Below are positions 62,049-64,000 of a stretch of 64,000 bases of DNA, in pieces. A model generated the notes under the pieces. It was not told the origin of the DNA, made no database searches, and worked only from the letters and a program-made list of their open reading frames with translations. The first letter of the stretch is position 1. Each line of letters begins with the position of its first letter. The DNA lies in NCBI GenBank assembly GCA_030390025.1, contig CM059432.1:14324001-14388000 (forward strand), read 5' to 3'. This DNA is from Squalus acanthias (taxonomy: Eukaryota). The translations under genes were made by a program, and so were the position numbers.

Positions 62049-62279
62049 CTCCAATATGTCCTCCCCACCATACTCTATTTTCTTGCCTTGCCTCCAGTGT
62101 TTGAGCAGCCATTTAAGTTTGACATAGAAGAGGAAAGTGTTCTGTTTGAACATTCTCATTTCCTGCAGCAGAAGGGTCCTCTCGTGACTCCATGACTTCT
62201 GCTCCAGCCTGTTCTGCAAGTTTAGGCTCTGCACTTCGAAGGCTTTCCTCAGCAGGTTCTTCTGGTTTTCCTCTTCAAT
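62049..62279 (-). CDS. MTCL1: MTCL1/SOGA2 coding exon (first visible in window), 231 nt, phase 0-0
   Basis: Acceptor GTGCCACAG|ATT, donor GAG|GTAGGC. Translation [77 protein letters not shown] matches the recalled SOGA-family motif [22 protein letters not shown]. Confidence 0.93.
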
Positions 62280-62352
62280 CTGTGGCACAACAATTTGTGG
62301 CAACGAAAACCAATTATTACCAGCACCATCCATTTACCAGAACATAAAGTTT

Positions 62353-62789
62353 AAGAAAAAAAGAAAGGCTTGCATTTATATAGCGCCTTTCACGACCACT
62401 GGACGTCTCAGAGCACTTTACAGCCAATGAAGCACTTTTTGAAGTGTAGTCACTGTTGTAATGTGGGAAACGCGGCAGCCAATTTGTGCACAGCAAGCTC
62501 CCACAGATAGCAATGTGACAATGACCAGATAATCTGTCTTTGTTATGTTGGTTGAGGGATAAATATTGGCCAGGATACCGGGATAACTCCCCTATACTCT
62601 TCTTCGAAATAGTGCCATGGGATCTTTAACGTCTCATCCGAAAGACGGCACCTCCGACAGTGCAGCACTCCCTCAGCACTGCATGGGAGTGTCAGCCTAG
62701 CTTTCTGTGCTCAAGTCCCTGGGGTGGGACTTGAACCCACAACCTTCTGACTCAGAGGCGAGTGTGCTACGCACTGAGCCACAGCTGAC
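62353..62789 (-). mobile_element. Deu-domain SINE (SacSINE1-like), near full length
   Basis: Colinear with 39092-39540, with a short internal deletion. Confidence 0.88.
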
Positions 62790-63804
62790 AGTAAGTTTCA
62801 AATATAACAAATCTTCCAGGATTTACTTAAAGGTGAAAAAAAAGAGTCTGGACCCTATTCTACACCACTCCACCCTAACCCCCGTCCCCACCCCCCCAAC
62901 ACACTCAAGAGAAGCTAGAGATTATTTTCAAACTAAACGCAAATTACAGGTATTTGAACACTGAGTGTACACGTAATTTTTGGGAGCCGGGAGAAATGAA
63001 TTTTGTCTCCTCGTGGATTGAAAATCGAACAATTTTAAAAGCTTTTTACACCTAATATCAGCATCAAGCAATTTCAGGCCGCATACAGCACAAGTCAGAA
63101 ACAGCTTTGCACTGCCTCAACGCTATACCCATCTGAGATTTAAGCAGAGGGACACTTACAACTGCCAGCCCTGTGCCAACTGGTGCTGAACGATAGGCTC
63201 CTCTGTGTGGTGGATTTGTTGGAGCTAGGTTAACACTGCCAAAATTCACACAGGCAGCAGAAAGAGAAGACTTTCTTCTCACCAGTTTGACTTGGAATTG
63301 AATCCATCTCAAGATGTAGAAGGGCAGTAAACTAACCCACTGCATTGCCCACAGTTTCCCTCAGACACAGGAAGTTCCTCATCAATTTGGCTATGATTCA
63401 GGCCCTGTATTCTAACCCATTGCATCACCCACTATAAATCAGATCTTGAATAAAATGCTGTATATAATTATAAACCACACTGTGCAAGCATGTAAAAGTA
63501 CGTCTTTAATCACCAATGCAACTGAACCATAATAAAATGCCTGTAGTCATCCTTGGTCCAGTGACCTCAGCTGGCAGGACTTAAAAGATCTGTGTTGGAA
63601 AAGGAGCTATTAGGTTAATGACATTACATTCTAGAAATTAAACAACATTTGTTGCACAAAATAATTATTGCATTTTGTCAAGGGAGCATATTTGTTTTCT
63701 AGGCAATTTTAAAAGTCTCATGATAAATCTGCCTCTATATTTTCCACATGAACACAATCTTCTGCCAATGTTTCTGAACCTCAGTGTGGCTTTGTGAAGA
63801 AGTT

Positions 63805-64000
63805 CACCAGAGGGATAGAATGGAAAAGTAGTGTAGTTATTCTAAACTTGTATCGAACCTTGGTTAGACCACACTTAGAGTACTGCATACAATTCTGGTC
63901 ATCATATTATAAAAAGAATATAGAGGCACTGGAGAGGGTGCAGAGAAGATTTACAAGGATGATACCAGAAATGCGAGGGTATACATATCAGGAAAGGATA
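63805..64000 (+). mobile_element. CR1-type LINE fragment running off the window
   Basis: [42 protein letters not shown]. Confidence 0.88.

Noticed and set aside
547..63345. The many 60-180 aa ORFs on both strands as independent genes
   Set aside because: They fall in TEs, antisense to exons or in GC-rich MITEs, and lack splice or homology support.

Overview
This is eukaryotic (vertebrate) genomic DNA, most likely from a shark or other elasmobranch, judged from the repeat families I recognise (HE1-type V-SINE, Deu-domain SINEs, CR1/L2 LINEs, Penelope-like elements). The whole window lies inside the 3' half of one minus-strand, intron-rich gene that I identify from recalled homology as MTCL1 (SOGA2; microtubule crosslinking factor 1). 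I traced 8 coding exons with canonical GT-AG sites and consistent phases: 62279-62049, 58071-57895, 44182-44015, 42167-41916, 21589-21266, 16758-16679, 12525-10971 and a short stop-containing exon 6442-6385. The 5' exons lie beyond the right edge, and I could not find the terminal exon. The introns are packed with decayed retroelements and with GC-rich TIR elements of PIF/Harbinger type, including remnants of both the transposase and the Myb/SANT partner ORF. Nearly all other ORFs in the supplied track are TE fragments or spurious. I found no evidence for a wholly new multi-gene system. The most interesting items are a candidate minimal hammerhead ribozyme in sense orientation in an intron, a 41-bp copy of MTCL1 coding sequence in a downstream intron, a stop-containing micro-exon positioned to escape NMD, a triple-nested TE with a perfect 32-bp hairpin, and inverted LINE pairs flanking in-frame exons. 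Repeat boundaries are approximate unless a TIR or TSD is quoted, and family names come from recall rather than a database search.
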